From: Patescibacteria group bacterium
GTDB lineage: Bacteria > Patescibacteriota > UBA1384 > DATEAH01
NCBI GenBank assembly: GCA_035288465.1
Contig: DATEAH010000005.1
Location: 131,636-195,635, forward strand
Direction: 5' to 3'
DNA: 64,000 bases
Part shown: piece by piece, positions 55,758 to 64,000 of the stretch
Layout of the letters: the number at the start of each line of letters is the position of its first letter
Numbering within the stretch: the stretch's first letter is position 1
Notes under the pieces: model-generated
The model's database searches: none
Seen by the model: the letters and a program-made list of their open reading frames with translations, nothing else
What the model was told of the DNA's origin: nothing
Made by a program: the position numbers and the translations under genes

Positions 55758-58211
55758 TTACCCTAACCTCAATTGCCTGGGCTTTTTAGCTTTGATAATT
55801 TTAATTATTTCAACCCAAAAGATTGCTAAGAAACAAACTCCAATTACGAGCAACCAATAAGCGGCCGGCAATGGCGTTGTTCCCAAAACTTTATTAATAT
55901 ATGGGGCATAAACTGCCATAAAAACCAACACAAAACCCAAGGCAATGGTAATTATTAAAATGTAATTTTCAAAAAAATGAGCAGTTTTCAAGATGGTTTG
56001 CTTTAGATTTTTAAAAGCAAAGATATAGATTAAACTTGAAGACGCAACTGCGGCGAAAACCACGGTTCTGGCCAATTCTAAGCTGGCGTTAATATGTAAA
56101 AGGTACCAAAAGATAAAAAGCCCTGATAAGCCGACTGTAAAACTAACTGTCAAAATCAAAAAGATCGTGGAACGGTCAAAAATCTCTGTTTTTTGAGTTT
56201 GAAGCGGGGTTTGCGCCATTAAACCATCTTCTCTGGCTTCAAAACCTAAAACAATACCAGGCGGACCGTCACAAATCAAATTGGACCACAAAATTAAAAC
56301 AATAGTAAGAGGCGCGGGAAAATTCAATAACATAGCGCCAAAAATTAGTAAGATTTCGGCGAAAGAATTAGACAAAACATAACTAATGACTTTTCTGATA
56401 TTGGAAAGAATTAAACGACCTTCTTCGCAGGCAGCGACAATGGTTTTAAAATTGCTATCAAGCAAAATTAGATCCGAAACTTCTTTGGCCACATCCGAGG
56501 CATTTTCTACAACCACGGCAATATCAGCTTTTTTTAAAGCTAAAGCGTCGTTAACCCCATCTCCAGTCATTGCCACCACTTCGCCATTTTCTTGCAAGGC
56601 TTCAATAATTTTTAATTTTTGGTGCGGGGTAATTCGAGAAAAGATAATAATTTTATCTACCCTTTCCCTTAACTCATGGGTGGTGATTTTTTCTAATTCC
56701 TCAGCTTCCATGATATTTTCCGGTCCAATTTTAAAACCTAAATTCTGGGCCACTTTTTCGGCGGTGACGCGGTAATCACCGGTCACAATTTTAATTTTTA
56801 TGCCAGCCTGCCGACATTCATCAATGGCATGTTTTACCTCGGGTCTGAGGGGATCGGCAATTCCGACCAAGCCCAACCAAGTAAAATTTTCTTTTAATTT
56901 TAAATCACCCCGAGACTTATAAGCCGAACCTAAGACTTTTAAGCCAAGTTTGGCCCATTGTTCAACCTTGGCTATAATGATTTCTTTCTCTTCGTGATTG
57001 TGTTTGCAAAAATTCAAGACAATTTCTGGTGCTCCTAAAATATAGGCGGCCGTATCACGATTAATCTTTCTAATCACCAAAGAATGTTTTTTGTCGCTAT
57101 CAAAGGGTTCTTCATAAATTTTATAGCTTGAGTCTAAAATTTTTTGCGGATCAAATGAATCTTGCGTTTTAGCCCAATCCCAAAGACTTAATTCTAAGCT
57201 GTCTTTTTGTTGGTTGGATAAAATTAAGGAAAGTAAAAACTGCTTTGGTTTTTGGGTAAAAACTTCAGTAACTTGCATTTTGCCTTGAGTTAAGGTGCCG
57301 GTTTTATCGGTGCAGATGACTGAAGTTGAGCCTAAGGTTTCAACAGAAAGTAATTTTCTAACTAAACCTTTTCTTTTGAGAATTCTTTTCATGCCCAAGG
57401 ACAAAATTACCGTTACCGCCACCGGTAAGCCCTCAGGAATAGCTGCGACTGCCAAAACCGTGGCAACTCGCAAGATGTGCCAAATATTATCATTTTGAAA
57501 CAGGCCAAAAATAAAAATAGTAATGCAGATGAAGGCAACAATATAGGCTAATTTTTGCGAGAATTTTTCCAATTTTATTTGCAAAGGAGTTTTTTCAGTT
57601 TTTATTTCGGAGAGGCTTTTACTAATCTTGCCCATTTCTGTATTCGCGCCGATTTCGGTGACTTTAAGAATTGCTTGACCTGCCACCACCGTGGTACCCA
57701 TGAAAACTTGGTTTTTCCGGCCCATATCCTTTTCAACCGCTTCTTCTTCTCCGGTCAAGATTGCTTCTGAAACCAATAAATTATTAGCCTCCACTAATTT
57801 GCCATCGGCAGGAATCATATCGCCGGCAGTTAAGACCACTAAATCACCTGGCACTAAATTTATAATCTCAATTTCCTGACGTTTTGCCTCGCGAATCACG
57901 AAAGCTTTAGGTTTTAAAATATTTTTTAAAGCGGCCATGGTTTTTTGCGCTTTGTATTCTTGATAAAAACCCATCAAGGCATTAAAAGTGATGACAATTA
58001 AAATCAGGCTTAAATCAGTGTATTCTCGAAAAATTAGAGAAATCACGGCGGCAAAAAGTAAAACATAAATTAAAGGGCTTTCAAACTGGGCAAGAAATAA
58101 CAAAACGGCCCCAGGCCCCTCCTTTTGGGCTAAAATGTTGAGTCCGTGTTTTTTTCTCAATTCCAAAACTTGGTTTTGAGTCAAACCTGAAAATCTAGTC
58201 ATTCTACACAT
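55758..58211 (-). CDS. P2-type cation-transporting ATPase (Ca2+-ATPase-like)
   Basis: ICTDKTGTLT phosphorylation site, PEGLP, MTGDGVNDALALKKADI; 817 aa. Confidence 0.85.
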   Translation of the reverse strand: MCRMTRFSGLTQNQVLELRKKHGLNILAQKEGPGAVLLFLAQFESPLIYVLLFAAVISLIFREYTDLSLILIVITFNALMGFYQEYKAQKTMAALKNILKPKAFVIREAKRQEIEIINLVPGDLVVLTAGDMIPADGKLVEANNLLVSEAILTGEEEAVEKDMGRKNQVFMGTTVVAGQAILKVTEIGANTEMGKISKSLSEIKTEKTPLQIKLEKFSQKLAYIVAFICITIFIFGLFQNDNIWHILRVATVLAVAAIPEGLPVAVTVILSLGMKRILKRKGLVRKLLSVETLGSTSVICTDKTGTLTQGKMQVTEVFTQKPKQFLLSLILSNQQKDSLELSLWDWAKTQDSFDPQKILDSSYKIYEEPFDSDKKHSLVIRKINRDTAAYILGAPEIVLNFCKHNHEEKEIIIAKVEQWAKLGLKVLGSAYKSRGDLKLKENFTWLGLVGIADPLRPEVKHAIDECRQAGIKIKIVTGDYRVTAEKVAQNLGFKIGPENIMEAEELEKITTHELRERVDKIIIFSRITPHQKLKIIEALQENGEVVAMTGDGVNDALALKKADIAVVVENASDVAKEVSDLILLDSNFKTIVAACEEGRLILSNIRKVISYVLSNSFAEILLIFGAMLLNFPAPLTIVLILWSNLICDGPPGIVLGFEAREDGLMAQTPLQTQKTEIFDRSTIFLILTVSFTVGLSGLFIFWYLLHINASLELARTVVFAAVASSSLIYIFAFKNLKQTILKTAHFFENYILIITIALGFVLVFMAVYAPYINKVLGTTPLPAAYWLLVIGVCFLAIFWVEIIKIIKAKKPRQLRLG

Positions 58212-58247
58212 TATTATAAACGAATTTTTGGATAAAAACCAATAAAT

Positions 58248-58964
58248 TTAAAGAGCAAAATGGATTACTAAATACAAAACTGCCATTCCTAAAATTGTCA
58301 TAAAGGTTGTCCAAATTGTGGGATGACGATGGTGGCTTTCTGGAATTAGATCAGAAGCACCAACATAAAAGAACAATCCCGTGAAAATAGCCAAAATTAA
58401 ACCTAAAATTGATTCGGAAATAGTTATAAATAAAGTCATAAATATGCCCACAGCTGGTGCTAAAGCATTTAAAACCAACCAAGAGATTGCTTCTTTCCGA
58501 TGGCCTTTATTTTTCAGAATCATACTTACTGAATTAATTCCATCAGAAAAGGAATGAGATAAAACTGCGGCTGCGACAACCCAACCTACGGCCGGTGAGA
58601 CTTTAAAGGCCATGCCAATACCAAAACCATCTAAAAAGCTATGAAACGATAAAGTCGCCGCCCCAAGCTTGCCGCGATGACTTGGTTTTTCGCAATCATC
58701 TTTTTGGTGCACATGCAAAGAAAAGGCACGGTCTAAAATCATATATAATGAAAAGCCTATCGCCATAAAAAGTGCCACAAAATTAAAGCTATAATCTTTG
58801 GTAGCCAATTCGATCGACTCGGGTAATAAATCGAAAAAAGCCACGCCAATCACTGCGCCAGCGGAAAAACCTAAAATTAGATGAAGCTTGTCTCGAAAAC
58901 GAATTGCGAACAAGCCGCCTAGCAAGATGCTTAAAATTATAATTACGATGACTAATAAAATCAT
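58248..58964 (-). CDS. ZIP-family metal transporter (ZupT-like)
   Basis: 238 aa, 8 TM helices, HSFSDGI motif. Confidence 0.7.
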   Translation of the reverse strand: MILLVIVIIILSILLGGLFAIRFRDKLHLILGFSAGAVIGVAFFDLLPESIELATKDYSFNFVALFMAIGFSLYMILDRAFSLHVHQKDDCEKPSHRGKLGAATLSFHSFLDGFGIGMAFKVSPAVGWVVAAAVLSHSFSDGINSVSMILKNKGHRKEAISWLVLNALAPAVGIFMTLFITISESILGLILAIFTGLFFYVGASDLIPESHHRHPTIWTTFMTILGMAVLYLVIHFAL

Positions 58965-59071
58965 TTTCGACCCCTTTTTACCAACCTCTTATATCTTATT
59001 TTAACACAAAAAAGGGCATTAAAGGGATTTAATCATATCAAATCACTCCAATGTCCTTAATTTCAATTAAA

Positions 59072-59596
59072 TTATTTTTCAGAAATTTTTTCAATTTCAC
59101 TAATTTTCCAACGGTTGCTTGCAAGGCTTAATCTAAACTTCCAAATTACTTCTTTGGGAGCAGTATAAAACTCGCCCTTAACCTTAACAAGGGCTTCGTT
59201 TTCAATAGCCACTTCGGAAATAATTGAGTAACTTTTTGGCCCATTGGCAACTTGATAGCTTTTCGGCAAGGTTGGATTTTGGAAGGTGGGATTAACAATT
59301 AAATTTACTTTTTCAGGGACAACATAGCCCTTGGCCTTAACATAATCAACATTAGAATTTGGCAGACTGGCTAAAGTTAATTTCAAGAATGTTTCGACGG
59401 TTTGTGCGGGGGTTAGGGTTGGTTTTAAAGGATTATTTTCAGATTCTTGGGAAGTTGAAATGCGACTGAAGCAAACTTTTTGCCAACAATAAAATCCCAA
59501 AGTTGTTAATATCGCTAAAACAGAAAAAATAATAACAATAATCAAGAAAAACTTAAAGCGACGATTTTTTTTAGATTGTGCCATCATCTCTCCCAA
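59072..59596 (-). CDS. membrane-anchored hypothetical protein
   Basis: N-terminal TM, no motif. Confidence 0.4.
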   Translation of the reverse strand: MGEMMAQSKKNRRFKFFLIIVIIFSVLAILTTLGFYCWQKVCFSRISTSQESENNPLKPTLTPAQTVETFLKLTLASLPNSNVDYVKAKGYVVPEKVNLIVNPTFQNPTLPKSYQVANGPKSYSIISEVAIENEALVKVKGEFYTAPKEVIWKFRLSLASNRWKISEIEKISEK

Positions 59597-59603
59597 ATTT
59601 TGG

Positions 59604-61559
59604 TTATTGAGTTAATTGAAAGGTATTTGCAGAATCAATTGACCAATCCCAGTCTTGACGATATCCTTGGCCATCTTCTCGCCAAATCCACCATTCGATT
59701 CCATCTACATCAATAAAAGCGCCGGGCGGTGCCCAAGACAAACCATTATGCCAAGTATCTCTGACGGCATAAAATTGATTATTACTTTGGTCCACATAAT
59801 AGCCAAAGGCAACCACCGAATGACCAACCACGCCATCAGGTGAATCTGCAAAGACACTGAACATTACCGGTCTGTCAGCATCAATTTCGCTTTTAAAATT
59901 ATCATAAGTATAATTATCGTAAAAAATATCCTTAAGTGTGGCAGTGTTCTGATAAGCTTCTTTTAATGGGCTTGGCAAGGCTGGATCATCCCAAGCGGCA
60001 TAATCATGCAAACCTGGCGCGGCCATTGAGGTGTATGTCAAATAACCAACTGTCTGCATAAAATCTGCTAATGATTGCGGATTATGACCCACATAAGTAT
60101 TTCCAGCATCGACAAAAGCCTGACTCGCCACCATCGCTTGAGTCCTTGCATTCCAAACATTGGCATCGCCAATAAATAGATTTTGATATTGCGAAAATTG
60201 GTCCCAATATGCAATCATATTTCCACCAGAAGTTGGGGTGCAACCATGATACCAAGGATAATCAGTCATACCAGATAGAACTTTTTTGTTTTGTCCTGAA
60301 CACCCTTCATCAACTAAACCCGAACAATTATCGTCAATACCATTTGAACAAGTCTCAGTGACTCCAGGATGTATCGAAGCGTTATTGTCATTGCAGTCAT
60401 TGCCCCCTTCACCAGCTGAGCCATAATTATCACTGTCAGCATCAATAATGGTATTTAAAACATACCATCTTTGAGAAGTAGTGCTTATTACTCTAACTAA
60501 TGAAATTTCGTCATGATTATCACCTTTAAAATCGCCGAGATACCAAACATCTCTCGAATTACCAAAATCCGCAGCCCAAATTTTTAAGTTTTCGAAAACA
60601 ACACCGTTTGAATAAAAAATATACCATCTTTTAACAATACTGCTCACGTTTCGAACCATGACCAAATCTGAACGATTGTCTTTATTGAAATCTCCCACAA
60701 ACCATGAGTCACCTAAATTGCCAAAATCCGGTGCCCAGATAGTGGGAGCTAAAAAACTGGTTCCAGACGATAGCGAAATATACCATCTTTGAACTCCAGC
60801 ACTGACATTTCGCACCAGGGCTAAATCTGAGCGGCTGTCAGCGTTGAAATCTCCCGCAAACCATTTATCGCCTAAATTGCCAAAGTCGGGAGCCCAAATA
60901 GCGGCGGTGCCAAAATCTGAACCTGATGATAAAATTGTATACCATTTTTGGGTGCCGGCGCTGATATTTTTTACCAAAGCTAAATCTGAGCGGCTATCAG
61001 CGTTGAAATCGCCGACAAACCATTTGTCACCTAAATTGCCAAAATCCGCTTCCCAAATTGCGGCCGCGCCAAATTCAGTACCGGTTGAGGGTAAAACATA
61101 CCAGCGTTGTGCGGCTGAGGAAACATTTCGCACTAAAGCTAAATCATCCTTGCCGTCCCCGGTAAAATCTCCCACAAACCAGGAATCACCTAAGTTGCCA
61201 AAATCCGCTTCCCAAATTGCGGCCGCGCCAAAACTTGTCCCAGTTGATAATTTAACATACCAACGTTGGGTAGAAATGGAAACATTTTTAACAAAAGCCA
61301 AATCATCTTTGCCGTCTCCGGAAAAATCACCCACAAACCAGAAATCTTGGGAGGTATTTGCCGAGTTTGACCAGACTGGAGCTGCTCCAGAAAGAGCAGA
61401 TGCCAAAGTGCCAGCTTCTAATTTTTGGACAATCCGAGGCAGGACAAATTTTAAACATTTATCCAAATATAAATATTCAATCGCAAAAACGACCACTAAA
61501 AGCAAAAAAATGATGGTTAATTTTGAGAAACGATTTGTCTTATTATCCTTGGATTTCAT
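59604..61559 (-). CDS. FG-GAP/VCBS-repeat protein with Cys-rich metal-binding-like linker and C-terminal papain-like (C39-like) cysteine peptidase domain
   Basis: six repeats of FGNLGD(S/K)WF(V/A)GDF(T/N)(G/A)D(G/S)(K/R)(D/S)DLALV(R/K)NVS; DNCS...CS Cys cluster; YHGCTPTSGGNMIAY (Cys) and VVGHSVVAFGYY (His). Confidence 0.55.
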   Translation of the reverse strand: MKSKDNKTNRFSKLTIIFLLLVVVFAIEYLYLDKCLKFVLPRIVQKLEAGTLASALSGAAPVWSNSANTSQDFWFVGDFSGDGKDDLAFVKNVSISTQRWYVKLSTGTSFGAAAIWEADFGNLGDSWFVGDFTGDGKDDLALVRNVSSAAQRWYVLPSTGTEFGAAAIWEADFGNLGDKWFVGDFNADSRSDLALVKNISAGTQKWYTILSSGSDFGTAAIWAPDFGNLGDKWFAGDFNADSRSDLALVRNVSAGVQRWYISLSSGTSFLAPTIWAPDFGNLGDSWFVGDFNKDNRSDLVMVRNVSSIVKRWYIFYSNGVVFENLKIWAADFGNSRDVWYLGDFKGDNHDEISLVRVISTTSQRWYVLNTIIDADSDNYGSAGEGGNDCNDNNASIHPGVTETCSNGIDDNCSGLVDEGCSGQNKKVLSGMTDYPWYHGCTPTSGGNMIAYWDQFSQYQNLFIGDANVWNARTQAMVASQAFVDAGNTYVGHNPQSLADFMQTVGYLTYTSMAAPGLHDYAAWDDPALPSPLKEAYQNTATLKDIFYDNYTYDNFKSEIDADRPVMFSVFADSPDGVVGHSVVAFGYYVDQSNNQFYAVRDTWHNGLSWAPPGAFIDVDGIEWWIWREDGQGYRQDWDWSIDSANTFQLTQ

Positions 61560-61719
61560 TGATTCGGTAATTAAATAGAACCAGATTTCAATATATATCT
61601 TAATTTAATTGTATGTTATTCAAATCACCTGTCAAGTTGAGATAAATTTGTGATTTTTAACATATCAATCAAATAATTTTTGGGTTAAAATGGAGTTAAT
61701 AATAATATTTGGAGGTAAA

Positions 61720-61875
61720 ATGGCGGAAAATGAAATCGGAATGGGCTCAGATAAAAAAGGCTCATACTACCATAAAAGGCCAGTCTGGCAATGGATTTTA
61801 ATTTATTTGATAGCGGCTGGCGTGATTTACTATTTGGTTTATTTGCTCTTTTTTAATAATAAAATTAGCTACTAA
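61720..61875 (+). CDS. small membrane protein (51 aa)
   Basis: GGAGGTAAA-ATG; one TM helix. Confidence 0.3.
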   Translation: MAENEIGMGSDKKGSYYHKRPVWQWILIYLIAAGVIYYLVYLLFFNNKISY

Positions 61876-61933
61876 AAATAAAAAAAGCCGCGAATTGGGC
61901 AAAAGTTGGTGTGCCTAATTGCGGCTGGTTGGA

Positions 61934-62398
61934 TTAAGGTTGTTGGTGTTCTAATGTTTTGATACGGAGTTTCTTGGTTTCTTGATCGAATATTCTTGCG
62001 ATCTTCATTAAAGTTGTCTGAGTGTCAGGAGAATATTTAGATGTCTGACTCAAATATCTGCCACGACGGACTGATTCCTGAAGCATTACTGCTTCCTGAT
62101 CGTTATAACCAAAGAACTCACCATGGACGACAACAGCATTTCCACTTGCCTGAAGATTACCGAATGCTTCATGGATATAATAACAATGCGGACCCCGAGG
62201 AGTTGGGTTAAAATGCAAACATTTACTGTCAAGAAACCGGTAACAATCTTCTTTGGTTTGGAAAAGTGCGTTCATCATCGCTTGTGTCGGAACCACCCAA
62301 AAGCGTCCGTCAGGTGGAATTATAGAAAACGCCATCACTGATTGAATAATCTCATACAAACTCAAGCGATTGTCTATGGCAGTTGCCTGATCAGTCAT
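61934..62398 (-). CDS. hypothetical protein (154 aa), mid-GC
   Basis: GGGAGGAATCAGCCG-ATG initiation context similar in style to the island cassettes. Confidence 0.45.
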   Translation of the reverse strand: MTDQATAIDNRLSLYEIIQSVMAFSIIPPDGRFWVVPTQAMMNALFQTKEDCYRFLDSKCLHFNPTPRGPHCYYIHEAFGNLQASGNAVVVHGEFFGYNDQEAVMLQESVRRGRYLSQTSKYSPDTQTTLMKIARIFDQETKKLRIKTLEHQQP

Positions 62399-62504
62399 CG
62401 GCTGATTCCTCCCGGGGGGTCTGATAATGAATCAGTTAATTTATTATCTCAAATAAATTTGAAAAAATCAAGATTATATAGTAAAATAATGATATAAAAT
62501 TTGA

Positions 62505-62781
62505 TCCGGTGTAGCTCAGTGGTAGAGCAGCTCGCTGTATATCGTTGCAGCCCCCAAAGGTAACTTTGAGGTGAAAATCGGGTTAATTGTCGGGAAGCCC
62601 CGCTTAAGTGAGGTAATCCGCAGCCAAGCCCGCCGAAGAGGCGTGGAAGGTTCAGAGACTATACGCCCGATTCCGCACCCGTCAATTTGACGGACGGAAA
62701 TGAGATAGTCCACTCCTAAAGGTAACTTTAGGGTAAAGTGTAACGAGAAGGTCGCTGGTTCGAATCCAGCCACCGGAGCCA
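62505..62781 (+). tRNA. tRNA-Asn (anticodon GTT) interrupted by a ~202-nt intron in the anticodon loop; CCA encoded
   Basis: 5' exon TCCGGTGTAGCTCAGTGGTAGAGCAGCTCGCTGT, 3' exon TAACGAGAAGGTCGCTGGTTCGAATCCAGCCACCGGAGCCA; spliced loop CTGTTAA; closely resembles E. coli tRNA-Asn. Confidence 0.7.
62539..62740 (+). ncRNA. group-I-like intron within tRNA-Asn (between anticodon-loop positions 35/36)
   Basis: 5' exon ends in U pairing with G of an intron GCAG guide-like sequence (U.G); intron ends in G; contains AGAGACTATAC P7-like element; no ORF. Confidence 0.55.
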
Positions 62782-63061
62782 AATCAAAACATCTCAATTT
62801 TATGAGAAATTTTGATTTGTTTTGGCAAGGGCGAGAACCCATGGCGTAAAACATCGTCAAATAAAAAAGTGACATTTTAGCAAAAAGTTTAAAGAATTAA
62901 AACATTTTTGTATCGAGACGGGCTTTAGCCCTTTGAATCGCCTCATCGGCGATCCAGCGAAGAGGTGAATCCCTGCCCCGGAGCCACGAAAAATGACTCA
63001 GCCATAAAATGACTCAGCCACGCTTCGCTGTCTCGTAGCGATAGAAAGGACGCAAATAATC

Positions 63062-63916
63062 ATGCCCAACCCAGAAGAAGAACAGCCATATCTTACTCCA
63101 AAAGAAGTCGCCCGCTTTGATCCCTATGGAGTTAGAAAACAAGCTTTAGCCAAAGAAGCTGAGTCTTTAGAATCCCAAACCCCAGAACCAACTCCAGAAG
63201 AAGCAGTTGAAAGACCAGATATTATTGAAGCTTCTGAGATTATGAAAGATGACTTTTTTGGTCCAGAAGAAATAGGGAAAGCCTTTCAAGTAGAACTAGA
63301 TCCAAATGAAATCCCGGCTCAGCCCTTCTCAAGAGAAGAACTCAAACACTTTCAACAAGAAGGATATTTTCTCTCCCTTAGAATTGATCATGATAAAGAT
63401 GGTAAGCCTTTAACTATTCAACAGCTTAAATCTCTCTATGAACTAGACCCCAAAGATCAAGCTGTCAGAATCTTCTATCAACAAGATTGGTATGAAAAAC
63501 CAGAAAACTCTGATCCTTTCTACACCACCCAAATCCCTAAAGTCCAATGGGCTTTAACTAAAAAAGAAATCCTGCCTGATTCAACCTCTAAAACTCATCA
63601 AGATCAAGAAACCCTCTTGAACCAATATACTCAACAACAATCTCCTCACTTAGAATCAGATCATACTATCCAAAGAAGAGAAGCCGTAGACATCGCCTAT
63701 GATCTAGCATTAGCCTATTTATCCAAAGGTCAAAAACAACTCCCTACAAGATATGATTGGTCTAAAACCCAACTTACTCAAGGGGCGGTTTCCGGCTTCT
63801 TTGCTCCTCTTGGCCACTTTGATGCGAGGGGTTTCGTTGTTCATGCGGTTCGAACTGGGGATTCTGATGGCGATTTGGGGGTTTGCCCCTCGGTAGTTTC
63901 TGAAATTGAGACTTGA
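63062..63916 (+). CDS. hypothetical acidic protein (284 aa)
   Basis: long ORF, Glu/Pro-rich N-term, no recognised domain; mid-GC. Confidence 0.45.
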   Translation: MPNPEEEQPYLTPKEVARFDPYGVRKQALAKEAESLESQTPEPTPEEAVERPDIIEASEIMKDDFFGPEEIGKAFQVELDPNEIPAQPFSREELKHFQQEGYFLSLRIDHDKDGKPLTIQQLKSLYELDPKDQAVRIFYQQDWYEKPENSDPFYTTQIPKVQWALTKKEILPDSTSKTHQDQETLLNQYTQQQSPHLESDHTIQRREAVDIAYDLALAYLSKGQKQLPTRYDWSKTQLTQGAVSGFFAPLGHFDARGFVVHAVRTGDSDGDLGVCPSVVSEIET

Positions 63917-64000
63917 TCTTTGAATTTTTGATATCTTTTGTCTCTTTTGATGTTTTGGTTTTCGTTTTTTTGAAATTTAAATGAGACACTCATCAATCCC

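Noticed and set aside
62516-62875. 119-aa minus-strand ORF
   Set aside because: It lies entirely antisense to the intron-containing tRNA-Asn locus. It has no SD and is spurious.
1-64000. Alternative genetic code (UGA=Gly, table 25) as used by some CPR lineages
   Set aside because: Long housekeeping ORFs (ftsH, lepA, murJ, iorA, P-type ATPase) are intact with standard stops. TGA is used as a stop in the island operon. There is no need to invoke recoding. The otsB in-frame stop is TAA, not TGA.
1-64000. CRISPR arrays
   Set aside because: No regularly spaced direct repeats of 25-40 bp were seen. The only repeat family (ATAATCCCGC elements) has three dispersed copies and is not an array.

Overview
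This window looks like a low-GC (~33-35% by eye) bacterial chromosome of the Patescibacteria/CPR type. Most genes are on the minus strand in tightly packed operons. Recognisable housekeeping genes include queA, queH, ruvABC, yebC, lepA, murJ, ftsH, rsmH, iorAB, a split comEC, an otsA/otsB/GT4/galT-like sugar cluster, fur, a P-type ATPase, a ZIP transporter and an ABC exporter. There are five tRNAs. One of them, tRNA-Asn(GUU), carries a ~200-nt group-I-like intron in its anticodon loop. The AT-rich backbone is interrupted by several compositionally distinct GC-rich islands (about 17.1-18.6 kb, 35.8-37.5 kb, 45.5-47.5 kb and 50.1-52.6 kb). Their proteins have no recognisable domains, but their expression signals are unusually clean. 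They have perfect TTGAC(A/T)-N17-TATAAT promoters, strong GGAGG Shine-Dalgarno sites and hairpin terminators. One island is a 7-gene operon with a near-identical ~20-nt translation-initiation cassette in front of every gene. Other notable items are listed here:
- An RimK-type ATP-grasp + ATP-grasp-retropepsin fusion + 7TM + DUF1704 (QEGLA) peptide-ligase-like cluster.
- A DGR-type ([I]GxxxSQ) reverse-transcriptase remnant.
- An otsB interrupted by an in-frame TAA.
- An ~820-nt GC-rich, highly structured probable ncRNA divergent from an unknown 307-aa protein.
- A ~90-bp island-associated repeat family (ATAATCCCGC...GCGGGAT hairpin).
- A tRNA-Ile with a TAT anticodon.
All calls are from reading the sequence and motifs by eye. 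No database searches were run.
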